A DNA stretch of 61,799 bases, filler included, from Diploschistes diacapsis (taxonomy: Eukaryota), in assembly GCA_023645945.1 (NCBI GenBank). It is 6 parts of 6 records of this genome, joined end to end, with 100 filler letters (N's around TTAATTAATTAA, not from the genome) between each part and the next. Parts side by side here need not be neighbours in the genome. Positions count along the whole stretch, not along the records: positions 1 to 10,236 come from JALAIB010000948.1; positions 10,337 to 20,558 come from JALAIB010000949.1; 4 more parts are not named here. One strand, given 5' to 3'. The position numbers and the translations under genes are program-made. Positions 1 to 11,038 of the stretch are shown here, piece after piece (positions within the stretch are counted from its first letter, which is position 1; the number at the start of each line of letters is the position of its first letter). The notes beneath the pieces were generated by a model. That model was not told the origin of the DNA. It saw nothing but the letters and a program-made list of their open reading frames with translations, and searched no databases.

Positions 1-626
1 CTGCAGAAGGCCCCGCGTGTCGGGGGACGGGGCAGGAGAGAAGCAGTCTGCGTTACCATCATCGTGCAAGAATGGTTCGATGGTGCGTGAAGTGGCAGGA
101 TGTTGTGGCGCTGAGCGCCGTTGGGCTGGAACTCGGAGCACGCGGACTATGTATGGCGCTCGGAGTTTCGAGAGAGAGAGTTTTGGGAGGAGACGGGGCT
201 TCCCATGATTTTTATTCAAACTTGTGTCTTCTGGGGAGGGGGGGTGAATCAAGGTGATTGTTGATATCGGAGGTGGTGGGCCGAGGTGGATCCTCGATTG
301 AATGAATACCGGCACGTCAGTGAAATAGTAGAATTGCGATTTCACTTTGAGTTGTACAGATGTTCAGTAGTTGAAAATGTTAGGTTTGCTACTGCTTCCA
401 ACTGTTGAAATCTATCCCTACCAATATCTATTCTAATCCCAATCAGCAGCCCATGCTCTCGAACCCATTGGCTATACATATGACAAACAGCCTCAAGCCT
501 TCGATCAACCCGCACACCCAAAGCACGTCGGACTCCCAAAACGCCTCGCTCACTTCTTCACTGCCTACTATCCAAAACGACTGTCTAAACGAACAAGCCC
601 CCTCCCCCGCCCACTAGTCATGAGCG

Positions 627-2043
627 CTACACCTCAAACTCTTCCTCCACCCAATGCCTTAAAACAGTCAACCCCTCGCTGAAGCTCTCCCTCTCCGTCC
701 GCACGATGATTGCCGCATGGCTATGCCGCACCTTCGTGATATGCACTGGATACTTGCGCCACCCCACGGCGTCTAGGTGGCGGATCATGGCGAATTGTTC
801 CGGCGCTAGGGCCAGTGTCGGGAAATCTTCTGATTGCTGCTTTCCTTCGCCCAATTGTGCACCGGATGGGAAGGCCAACGTTAATTTCTCGTTGCTGGGC
901 TCTTGTTGCTGGGGCTTGACATGACCATTCGCTTGTGCTAAATTGGTGGATGTGGAGTCTAGGTGCTCTTGCGGCCCCCGCGTCTGCATACTCTCTACGG
1001 CGCCATCAACCATTAGCGGGATGCGGTAGCTGCGGAAGCCCAGGCCAAGAGGGGAGGAATCGTCGTTATGCAGTTTCACGCGCTGCATGCTGCGAACGGT
1101 CTGGAAGCCTGAGTTGAGCAGGAAGGCGGAGGCGGCGATTGGTGTGAGGAGGGTGATCAGAGCGTAGAAGGGAAGCTGTTGAAAGAGGGGGGGGATAGTG
1201 CTGCCCAGGTAGCCCCATACTGTGCTGTTCTCGTGCTTGGATGGTTTGCGCGATACGGGGCGCTCGGGACTAAGGATTGTAGGTGAGTAGGGTTCCGAGA
1301 CGGGGTGTAGGTCTACAAGAGATAGGTCCTCGTAGGGATCCGTTGCGCTGATGCCGGTGGTATAGTAGGGTGCGGAACGGTCGTTTATGATGTTCGCATA
1401 TAGGACACGGTGCTTGAAGCAGCTCAGTGCTTTTATGAAGATGCTGTTGGGTTCGGCGAGGACGCTTAACAGAGGCCGCCCCGTGTCGCGGAATGTGTCG
1501 AGGAGGAACAACTGCTGCCCGGAGGCAGAGAGCATGTTCCCGCCCAGTGAATTCCAGAAAGAGCTGGTATACCCCTTTAGCGGGGTGCGCACGCCGAGAA
1601 AAGGGGAGGCGAAGGCTGTGAAGTTTGTAGGCTGGAGTTTCCCAGGTTCGAACCAGCCACGGCTGTAGAGCAGACCGATGCAGTATCGAGCAATGAGGCC
1701 GCCGAGGGAGTAGCCGACTATACTAAGCTTCGTGACGGTGTGGCCGGAGGAAGAGAGGGAGGAGAGCTCGTCTTCGACTTCGCGCGCCACACGCTCGCCG
1801 CCGACGTCGATGCCATCGTAGGTGTAGTTTTGGGAGTTGGATTTTGGGACGATTATGTGGAGCTTGTCCTCGCTGTATTTGTTCAGAAGAGCTTTTTGGA
1901 GAGACTGTAAATGGCCAGGGCTACCCCAGAGACTGTTGACAGTATGTAATTAGCAAGCGTCAACGGCCGGTATACATGGTTGCCTACCCGTGAACAAGAA
2001 CGCACAGATGGTCAGCCTTTCCAGCCTCCGTTGGCTTCCCCAT
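627..2043 (-). CDS. DUF676 putative serine esterase/lipase (Rog1/Lpl1-like), 2 exons (2043-1988, 1932-627)
   Basis: Spliced N-terminus HLCVLVHG|LWGSPGH, NYTYDGIDVGGER, nucleophile elbow GYSLGGL, FASPFLG, LYANIINDRSAPYYT, HSHAAIIVR; GTAGGC...CAG intron 1987-1933. Confidence 0.9.
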
Positions 2044-2625
2044 TATGTTGAAGCGGTAACGACAACCTGAGCGCAGTAAAAGGAAAATAGGAAATCTGAT
2101 ATGTCTTACAGAAGCCTCTTCCAAGCGTAGAAATCGCAGGCGACACTCCGGACGCCTCGGTGATCGACTATATATACCGGGGCAAGACATGCCGATGCAT
2201 GATGATGACATGTGATGAGGCATCCACCATAAGCCCGGAGGTCCGTGACATGCCTTGTAGGGCTGTGATTCCATCTGCAGTTGGCATCAAGAGTATCTTT
2301 GGATTAAACGATTAACTTTGGGGGCGAAATGGAAGTTGATGAACTTCTTCAAGACCTGCTGATGGTCACAGTCACTTTCACAATGGGTAAATCAACGAAT
2401 TGAAACTGGTGCTGCTTTTAGAGTTACGTTGAAAATGTTGCAGGAAGGTCAGCGCATGCCACTGGTGAGAACTGAGTTTGCTCGTTTACCTTTTCCAAGC
2501 TTCATTACTTCACAGATGTGAACTCTCCTATAAAAAAGCCGTTTGGGAAAGTATTGCACCCAATTTGATGTGAATCAACCATCCCAGCGTCAAGCCTCAC
2601 TTACTCTGTGTGTGCCAAACATACG

Positions 2626-4557
2626 ATGTTTTCTTCACTGGGGCTATTCAAGAAGATTGCATGTCCGGAAGGCGAAAAGTGCCAATTGCCAGTTTGCATA
2701 TTCTTCCATGATGTGTCAACAACTTCAGCCTCTCAGCAGCTTCTATTTGCTGCTAAAGCCGTTCATCCACCGGAATCCACGGAGGCCATAGAGCCACCGA
2801 AGAAGAAACAACGGCTGGGACCCTCGAAACCAGTAGTGCTTAACAAGGAGACAGAACAGAAAGGGGCCAAAAGAGCACCCATTCCAACGAAAGCGACAAG
2901 TGAGCGTGAGGGTAGGAAAGAAGGGAAGCCTGACGAAAGCAGCAAGTCTACTAATGTTTTTGAACATCTTAGAGCGGACGTTAGTCCGCCACCTCTGAAC
3001 AGGAGTCCAAAGAATGTCGAAAGCCGGAGTTCTCAAAGTATTGGAGGAAGAGAGGACAAGAGGCCGAAGATCGAGCCTGCGGCTACGTCTGCCACGCCCA
3101 AAAAGGCCGTCAAGAAGGAAAGCTTGAATCCACGATCTCTTCCAAGGCCACCAGCTGCACATGCGATGCGGTTCCAACTTCTCAGACTCATTCATGAGCA
3201 AATGGTGAGGCTCAATGAGGAAGTTAAGAAATCTGCAGAGTTTAAGGAGGCTTTGCAGCTCTCGCCGGAAGAACTGATCCGTCTTGCCCTCGACGAAGAA
3301 GAGCGAACTGCAAAAACGAATCCTACCGTCTATCCGAACGTGATGAAACTCCGTGTGGTAGCCCTGAAGAGGCTGAAGCTTGAAGGCTGGAAAGCTGAAA
3401 GGCTGAAGCAAATTGAGAAGGATAATCCTGAGATACACCCATGCGGCGAGAAGAGAAAACGAGAGAAAAATCCATGCATAGAAACGAAGCTTTCTAAAGA
3501 GGCTGAGATAGCACTCCTCCCGAATCTTATCACATCACAAACAGATCTGGACAAGTACGGGTACGTTCCCTCCGTTCCATCTAGTGTTGAGATAGAGGAG
3601 GCCAGGAAAGGAATCGAGGCCGCGAAAAACTGGGAAGTCTGTGACCGCTGCAAAACAAGATTCCAAGTCTTTCCCGGCCGCCGAGAGTCAGACGGTGCTT
3701 TAACCACGGGTGGAACGTGTACGCACCACTGGGGCCGAGTCCGTCGCCCAGCAAGGGAGAAGGGCCAGTCCGTGAAACCTGAGCAATATACCTGCTGTCA
3801 ACAGGAAATTGGTACGCTAGGTTGTACTACAAGCTCAACTCATGTCTTCAAGATTTCTGAAGCTAAGCGTCTTGCCCTGGTTCTTCCTTTCGAAAAGACT
3901 CCTGTTCCGCTCAAAAAGTCAGCAGGGCGAAAACCAATCTGCTTCGATTGCGAAATGGGTTACACGACCTACGGCATGGAGCTGATCCGCTTGACTGCCG
4001 TTTCTTGGCCTTCTGGTGGTGCACTCCTTGATGTCCTGGTCCGACCTCTTGGAGAGGTTCTCGACCTCAACTCTCGCTTTTCCGGAGTGTGGCCGGAGAC
4101 TTTCACGTCGGCAAAGTCATGGACTTCATCCATATCCCTTCCAGCACCACCCTCACAACCAGACTTAACCAAACCAACCTCTGACGTCTCGCTCTGCATC
4201 GTCCCTAGTCCCGTTCACGCCCGCTCTCTCCTCTTCAGCCTCCTGACTCCAGATACACCATTGATCGGCCACGCCCTTGAAAATGACCTAAACGCCATGC
4301 GTATCGTTCATCCCACGATCATAGACACTGTCCTCCTTTACCCGCATCCAGCAGGCTTACCGGCGCGGTACGGGCTGAAGAATCTCGTCAAGAAAGAGAT
4401 CGAGTGGGAGATCCAGACGGGCGGTGAATTGGGCCACGACTCTCTGGAAGACTCCAGGGCTGCAGGCGAGCTTGTTAGACTGGCCGTGAAGCGTAAATGG
4501 GAAGAGATGGCTCGGGAAGGGTGGAAGGTTGAGGGCAGTGTGTTTCATGCTCCGTGA
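2626..4557 (+). CDS. REX3: RNA exonuclease 3-like DEDDh 3'-5' exonuclease
   Basis: Single ORF; FDCEMG, IGHALENDL and GHDSLED exonuclease motifs; N-terminal CCCH finger and central Cys/His zinc motif; ATG 2626 preferred over the track's GTG 2608. Confidence 0.88.
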   Translation: MFSSLGLFKKIACPEGEKCQLPVCIFFHDVSTTSASQQLLFAAKAVHPPESTEAIEPPKKKQRLGPSKPVVLNKETEQKGAKRAPIPTKATSEREGRKEGKPDESSKSTNVFEHLRADVSPPPLNRSPKNVESRSSQSIGGREDKRPKIEPAATSATPKKAVKKESLNPRSLPRPPAAHAMRFQLLRLIHEQMVRLNEEVKKSAEFKEALQLSPEELIRLALDEEERTAKTNPTVYPNVMKLRVVALKRLKLEGWKAERLKQIEKDNPEIHPCGEKRKREKNPCIETKLSKEAEIALLPNLITSQTDLDKYGYVPSVPSSVEIEEARKGIEAAKNWEVCDRCKTRFQVFPGRRESDGALTTGGTCTHHWGRVRRPAREKGQSVKPEQYTCCQQEIGTLGCTTSSTHVFKISEAKRLALVLPFEKTPVPLKKSAGRKPICFDCEMGYTTYGMELIRLTAVSWPSGGALLDVLVRPLGEVLDLNSRFSGVWPETFTSAKSWTSSISLPAPPSQPDLTKPTSDVSLCIVPSPVHARSLLFSLLTPDTPLIGHALENDLNAMRIVHPTIIDTVLLYPHPAGLPARYGLKNLVKKEIEWEIQTGGELGHDSLEDSRAAGELVRLAVKRKWEEMAREGWKVEGSVFHAP

Positions 4558-5413
4558 GGAGTTGCGGAGGCAGGTACAATACCAGTGGATAGCATCAGAG
4601 GTGTTCGGGCGGTATTGTGGAAGGAGATTCGTTACGTAGGCCGGCAGGCGAAACAAATTTTAATCTGCACATACGGTGCCCCTTTCACCAATCTGATGCC
4701 CACATAAGAGCTTCAAACATGTCACGTTTCCTCGGCAATTGATCCGAAACATCCATTCAAGCCCTTGATGGGACATAAAGTGGATGCAAGAGGAGGGACC
4801 AGTTGTGCAAACATACACCATTAATATTATATCGCCCCGGTAGGAAAGCCATACAAGTCCCAAGAATCTCGTTCAACGGCCCCGAATTTCCCCCGTTCCG
4901 GACAGGCCTGCTGCCCCTTTTCCGCACTTTGCATCCCATTAGACTCCTCCTACCTGCAGCGCTATCAGGCTCACGCGTGCCCCATCGCCTACGACTTCAG
5001 CGCGCACCCACAACGGCCTCGCCGGTGGTGCTTGGTAGCTGAGTGGCGTGTTGGTGGTGCGCGAGACCGGCTTGCTTGCTGGGTACGATGATTGGCCTGG
5101 GCGGTGTGCTGTGCTGGTTACTCGGGTCTCGAACACAACGAGCAGAACAGAGCGGAGCAGAACAGAACAGAGAGGGTACCATGGGCGTGTTTACGTATGC
5201 GCTGTACAATACAAAGTCGGCGCAAAGATACCCGGCAATGTAGCATGGTCTGGAAGCTAAGGAAAGCGAGATGTATGTGACCGCCATTTTGTAATCGTGT
5301 ACAAACCCCCCCCGGCCCCCAAAGTGCCACGTTTTCTATGCGCACGCTGCACTGTTTGTTCGGAAACTTCACCACGCGCCAAAGCTCGGCCGGTGAATTT
5401 TTGTGCGTGCCGT

Positions 5414-5900
5414 CTATGGGGAAAGCTCATGGAAAGCTCCAGCGTCCTAGGATAGCTCGGCGTGCCGAGGCCGCTGGCGGGAATCCCAACCCGTCGTCAG
5501 CGGAGAAGGCCCTGCGTCCCCGTAACCGACGCCATTTCCCGTGTATGCATCATTGAGGGTGCCAGGGTGCGCGTATAGCGTAGGGCTTGTGAAGCCGAGC
5601 GGCGTTTTTACCCGCATTGAGACGCTCGCTGTTGATGCGCGTGATGGACACACGAAGATGGGCGCGCTTGCGCTGCTACTGTTCGAGATGGTGGCTGTTC
5701 TGAGTAGTCGTAGTTGGGGTTTAGATGAGTGTGAAACTAAGAGGATAGACGATGGACCACGCAAGCTGAAAATCGAGATTAGCCTCCTGCAAGAAGATTA
5801 GTTGCCAGAATATTCCCTGTCTTGCTTTCGAGCCACACCAGCGCTGTTGGTCGGCGTAATATTTTTAGAGATTTCAGCACCATTGATCAGGGTCGCGACG
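5414..5900 (-). pseudogene. Degraded sedolisin/aorsin-type (S53) peptidase remnant
   Basis: Across shifting frames: LINGA...NSAG|EANLDFQLAWSIVYPLSFTLI*T, then SASAPIF, ITRINSERLNAGK, PLGFTSPTLYAHPGTLND, TGWD, PASGLGTPSYPRTLELSMSFP; in-frame stop, several frameshifts, large internal deletion. Confidence 0.85.
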
Positions 5901-6510
5901 TCGAAGACGACGAGCCCTGTCGACCTTGTCATGAACTAGATGAAGCTTTGCCAATGTCCAATAATGTATGATAACATGAAAAGCTTACGGCGATTAGTCA
6001 TTCATTCCAGCCATAGTACCGGAAATTCAGTATATCCGCCACACAGCCAGCCCAATTATTAGTCCATGAAGCTCGTCAAGTAGCTATCATTGGTCAGATT
6101 TGACATTACTGCTAGCGATCCAACTGGTGTTGGTTGGTGTTGAGGGCCACTCAAGCCCTACAGTCCCCAGCACTGTTGAATTATTAGCTTGTAACTACTA
6201 GTGGAGCGCCACTCACCGGCTTAAATCCACCGCTCAACCAATATAATCTCTTACTAAAGTGTACTTCAAAATGGGAGTCTAATTTTTCAACCGCGACGGG
6301 AGTTTTACCTTGCAGCCCTGTAGGCCGGAAAACCATCGGAACAGCAGGGCTCAAAGAGTGGGGGAAGTGGTGTTACTTTCGAATTGTAGATCCGCTCGGG
6401 AAAGCCTGAACTGAGGCTGAGAAAAATACTTCTACTTGATCCAAGTTACCTACCTATATTCGTTTTCCTAAACTTTCACTCTCATTCCTGCTGCGCCCTT
6501 CATCCCCGCC

Positions 6511-7575
6511 ATGTAAGCATCCTCGCTCTGCCCCGGCAATGATCCAATTGACGTTTATCCAGGACGTACAACGTGACGCTCATCCACTCGCTAGCGTCGC
6601 CACCGCAGACATACTGGGACAACTACAACCTCATCTCCGAGTCTCAATTACATTTGAACATTGCGGAAAGGTTGTGGGCGGCATGGTACGCGTACATGCA
6701 GAACGATGTTCTCGCCACTGGCGTAATGTCCTTTGTGAGCACCACGCAATTGACCGAGTTATTGCAAGTCTCTGACTGTGCTGAAAGGTGATGCATGAAG
6801 TGGTATACTTTGGCCGTAATCTTCCATGGATCATCATAGACGCTATCCCTTGGTTCAACAGGTACAAGATTCAAGATGTGAGCACAACTTCCGGGGCAGC
6901 ATCTAGTCACCAGACTGACATGGCCAGCAAAAAATTCCAACCATCGCGGAGCAATGGAGCTGTACCAAGCTCGTGCTCCTCTCTCATTTAACCGTCGAGC
7001 TTCCCCAGATTTGGCTCTTTCACCCCATGGCCGTTTTCTTTGGCATGGCCACTGGCGTTCCCTTTCCGCCACTTTGGAAGATAGCCGTTCAGATCGCAGT
7101 CTTCTTTGTCATGGAGGATACCTGGCATTACTGGACACACCGCCTGTTTCACTGGGGTCCTTTTTACCGATATGTGCACAAGATCCATCACCAGTACTCT
7201 GCGCCTTTTGGTCTGGCTGCCGAGTACGCTTCGCCCATTGAAGTCATGTTCTTGGGTTTCGGAACCGTGTTTGGGCCCGTTTTGTGGTGTGCAGTCACCC
7301 AAGACCTGCATATCCTGACAATGTACCTCTGGATTGTGTTCCGCCTCTCTCAGGCCATCGACGCACACTCCGGCTACGAGTTTCCGTGGAGTCTGCACCG
7401 CTTTCTGCCTTTCTGGGCTGGCGCCGAGCATCATGACGTACACCATGAGCGCTTCATTGGCAATTACTCGAGCAGTTTCCGATGGTGGGACTACCTTCTG
7501 GACACCGAGGCTGGTCCGGAGGCGTCAAAGAGGCGCAGAGCGCGGGCAGAGGCGAAGTCGAGGAAAGTCCAGTAA
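6511..7575 (+). CDS. ERG25: C-4 methylsterol oxidase, 4 exons (6511-6512, 6563-6734, 6788-6877, 6928-7575)
   Basis: His boxes [44 protein letters not shown] introns give one continuous frame. Confidence 0.95.
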
Positions 7576-8299
7576 ATACGAAGTATACGAAAACGAATCA
7601 TCAGTTTCGATAGACACCAGGTGGCGGCATTGATTTTGTACATGGCTGCTTCGCTCATCTGTTCCACGTCCAAATCATTCTTATTAGCTTTGGGTTGGAG
7701 CGATAGAGGATCATTCGTGTTGGATGTAACTAAAATTAAGCAATTGCAGGCTTCAATTGAAGACAGATTGTCTCTCTTGTCGTTATTATATCGACTTTGA
7801 GCAGTGCGGAACTAGCCTCTTTCAAGTAGAAGCTAGATCACTCTAGATTTTGAACTTCCTATACATATGTTCAGAACTTTCCACTGAACAGGAACGTTGC
7901 TAACTTTGCTTCTACGAAAAGCACGATTCTGGTGGCTGATATCTGATCAAGCCGACTCTTCTATTTACCTAGTCTTCGTCAACGAAGTACTTGATCATCT
8001 GCATTGTGTAGATACCCAAAAATCTTTTCATTCCAGATTCCCTAGATCTCTCTTCGCCTATACTCTGCCTCCTCGCGGGTTCACATCCTTTCACAAGCTT
8101 GTCATGCCAGCACCAGATTCGTACAAAATCATTTACTATATCAGAGAAAGTCCCTTGCGTCGTTCCCTCTATGTAACCCTCACATCTGAAATTTATACTC
8201 TGCCCCCCCTTGTATTTTCCTACCTCTCCGTTCTCTACCTTATAAACCATCCTGTTCCATCAAACTACATACCCTCAACCGTCGCCCGAAAGCGTCAAC

Positions 8300-9283
8300 A
8301 TGAGCACTTGCCGCTCACCTCCCGTTTTCCTTCGGTCCCATCCCATAATCCTTTGTCGCCAGCGTCCATACTTTGGCGCCCATAAGCAGCCACTCACTCT
8401 GAAAGCAGGCTTCGCCACGACGTGTATTAGTCGTGTAGCCTCCTCAGACCCACCTCTGGCCACCTCTTCCCAACCCGCGGCAGCTGCTCCCGCGGAAGAT
8501 TCCCCTGCGGCTACTTTAGTAGCCGATCGCAGGACATCGACCTTTATTCCAGACTCAGAAGCTGAACCTACGGATACCACAATCTATGAATCCGTTAAAT
8601 CCTTTATCCAACACCATACCCCAGCGAAGCCGAAGCCCGTTCTGTCAAATCCTAAAGCGATCGACTCAAGTGAGCTCCTCAAGCTCATATCCGTCCTACT
8701 CTCCCCTCCTCGAAGCTTCAACTTCCCCTCCTCTGCTCGCTCATGGGCTCTCACCAAAAATAATCACGCGCTAACCAAAACCTTCCGGTTTCCGAAATTC
8801 TCCCCTGTTCCGCAGTTCGTGCACAGTATCCTCCAGCACGCCTCTACTATACAACATCACCCTGAGATCTTTACTTTGTACAAGACGGTCGAGGTTACGT
8901 GGACTACGCATCGGGACGTCAGCACCGGGAAGCCGGGGTTGAGCTGGAACGATCTGAGAGGCATGAGAAAGACGGACCACTTGTTTGACGTCTGTTCAAA
9001 ATATCATGTCAAACCGCAACGGGGAGAGATAGAGGAGGGGTTGAATTTCGAGGGGGAGAAGACTAACGAGACGCAAGATCTCCCAGCTTCAGCCCCATCA
9101 CCAAGACGCCCACGACGGCCGGATTCGAACACGGACCCGTTCCTGACGCAATCCTCGAAGTCAGCATCCCACGGTATTGATACTCCTCATGGCGATACGG
9201 AGCCAGCAAGGGCTCCTCAAACCGACGGAAATGAGCAAGCAGATGAACCCACCCACTCTCCGCCGAAGGGAGTAAGCAAATGA
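8300..9283 (+). CDS. Pterin-4-alpha-carbinolamine dehydratase-domain protein
   Basis: LTKTFRFPKF...QHHPEI...VEVTWTTH...GLSWND core; Arg/Ser-rich, acid-poor N-terminus suggests a mitochondrial presequence. Confidence 0.75.
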   Translation: MSTCRSPPVFLRSHPIILCRQRPYFGAHKQPLTLKAGFATTCISRVASSDPPLATSSQPAAAAPAEDSPAATLVADRRTSTFIPDSEAEPTDTTIYESVKSFIQHHTPAKPKPVLSNPKAIDSSELLKLISVLLSPPRSFNFPSSARSWALTKNNHALTKTFRFPKFSPVPQFVHSILQHASTIQHHPEIFTLYKTVEVTWTTHRDVSTGKPGLSWNDLRGMRKTDHLFDVCSKYHVKPQRGEIEEGLNFEGEKTNETQDLPASAPSPRRPRRPDSNTDPFLTQSSKSASHGIDTPHGDTEPARAPQTDGNEQADEPTHSPPKGVSK

Positions 9284-10236
9284 GTGCCCCGAAAACAGAA
9301 AATAAGTGCAGATGACGAAACGAAGGAGCTGCTCTACTGGCAAGAGAGCGGAGCACGTGCCGCGCCGAAGCCGGTTATTCGTGCGGAGAGCCTCGTGCTG
9401 GCACACTTTTCTCTTTCTCTTTCCTCCCTTACCCTACCCTTGCCATACGCAGTCAACCCTGACACCGCTGCTGCAAATACCTACCGGGGGGACAGGGCCT
9501 TGCAGATGGCTGTTTGCTCAGCCCTCTCGCCGAAAACACGGCTACATTGCAAATATGCCCGGCCCAGGTTGGATATGTATATGTATGCTTCCGCGCACCG
9601 GCACCGGCAACCAGCGGCAAAGGCGGAAGCAGGGCACGAGCAGCACGGCGGCGGGTTGTATGGTACCCGCTGCAAGGCAAATACATCCTAAGCCGAGGGC
9701 GCGCTCCCGCAGGGGATGACTGTCCTGGGGAAAAGATGTGTGGAGGCGGGAGTGTTACGAGGTAGAGACCAAGGTCGAATCGAGAAGTGAAATCAAGAGA
9801 GAAAAACAGTACGGGGGCTGTCACGTAGTGAACGATTTTCAGGGACGAACGAAAAGACGGAAGATAAAGTAGATGGGCGCTCCAGCAGGGCTCTGGAAGT
9901 CAGAATGCATGTGCATACTACCTACCCTACAGACGCTCATACCCATGCTCGAGTTCCGTCACCCTGAGCTCAAACACAGCTCAAGACAGGTTCGTTGGCG
10001 TAGGGAAGAAAAATCTCCATCCCAGCCCTCAGCGATACCCAATCCTCTTTGCCGGGCTCCCGCTTCCGTTCCCACCTCCCAGCCCTTCCTCCTCCCTCTC
10101 TCCCCACCTCGTCTCCTTGCTCGGACCCCGCCTCGCCGCCATCCCGGTTCCCATCCACGCCTCCCCATCCAAAGCATCGTAACTCCTCGCACGATGCCCC
10201 GGCGTATAGAACTGCCCTCCTTCCCCTCCTCCGAAA

Positions 10237-10336
10237 NNNNNNNNNNNNNNNNNNNNNNNNNNNNNNNNNNNNNNNNNNNNTTAATTAATTAANNNNNNNN
10301 NNNNNNNNNNNNNNNNNNNNNNNNNNNNNNNNNNNN
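10237..10336. other. Artificial contig spacer
   Basis: 44 N + TTAATTAATTAA (stops in all six frames) + 44 N. Confidence 0.98.
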
Positions 10337-10540
10337 GATCAAGGCCCCGGGGTGGGGGACGGGGGGTTCCAGAAGTGTTCGCTGGAGAGAAAAAAAAAGA
10401 AAGGACGAAGAAGATGGTCGAGTATGAAGCCAGTTGCCGGAAAGAAAGAAAGAAAAGAGGGACGCAACGGCCAGGAGGGGTGGATGCGCGTGCAACCGTC
10501 GGACTGGGAATCGCAAAAAGCAACCGGAAAAAGCACTCAC

Positions 10541-10633
10541 GTTCGCGTTCGTTCCGTGCCCGGCACTGCTGCCGGCCTCGATCGCGTTGTCGGAGGCCGG
10601 GGGCTCGTTGGCTGCTTCGGCGCCGCGGGGCAT
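10541..10633 (-). CDS. First exon of a small fungal hypothetical protein; remainder not resolved before the contig end
   Basis: MPRGAEAANEPPASDNAIEAGSSAGHGTNAN in GCCATG context, followed by a GTGAGT donor. Confidence 0.5.
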
Positions 10634-11038
10634 GGCGTTCGATGATTTGGGATGGGGGGCGGTATCTGGGTTAAGCCGTGGAAGGATTCGGAGAGGACTT
10701 CTTGTGCTTTTTGCGAACTTCAGAAGGAATGAGCTAGGGTGGATGGACGAATCGTATAGTAGAAATTGGTGGGGGGGTAGATGTTCAATGAATGTGTGAA
10801 TGTGTATTTTGGAAACGAGATACGGAAGAATGCTATTGCTGGAGGTGCACGTCACTGTGAAGTCATGACCCGCGAATTAACAAACGCGAGGTTGCCCAGA
10901 CCTCGATAGCAGCTTGGTTTGGTTCTCGGCTGTTGTTCTCATATAGGTTACTTTACGTTAGGAAGTAGAGTCAGATAAACCCCCTATATCCAGCAAATAC
11001 ACCACCAATATCATCTTCCATTGATGAGACTTCGCGCT

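Noticed and set aside
1..345. Open minus-strand frame at the window start
   Set aside because: No in-frame ATG and no recognisable motif
2743..3707. Antisense ORFs within REX3
   Set aside because: Shadows of the real CDS; no motifs
9284..10236. Several 60-140 aa ORFs before the first spacer
   Set aside because: Low complexity, promoter/UTR-like; a possible start at 10194 is too short to judge
10281..10292. TTAATTAATTAA recurring every ~10.3 kb as a biological repeat or CRISPR-like array
   Set aside because: Embedded in N runs; artificial linker
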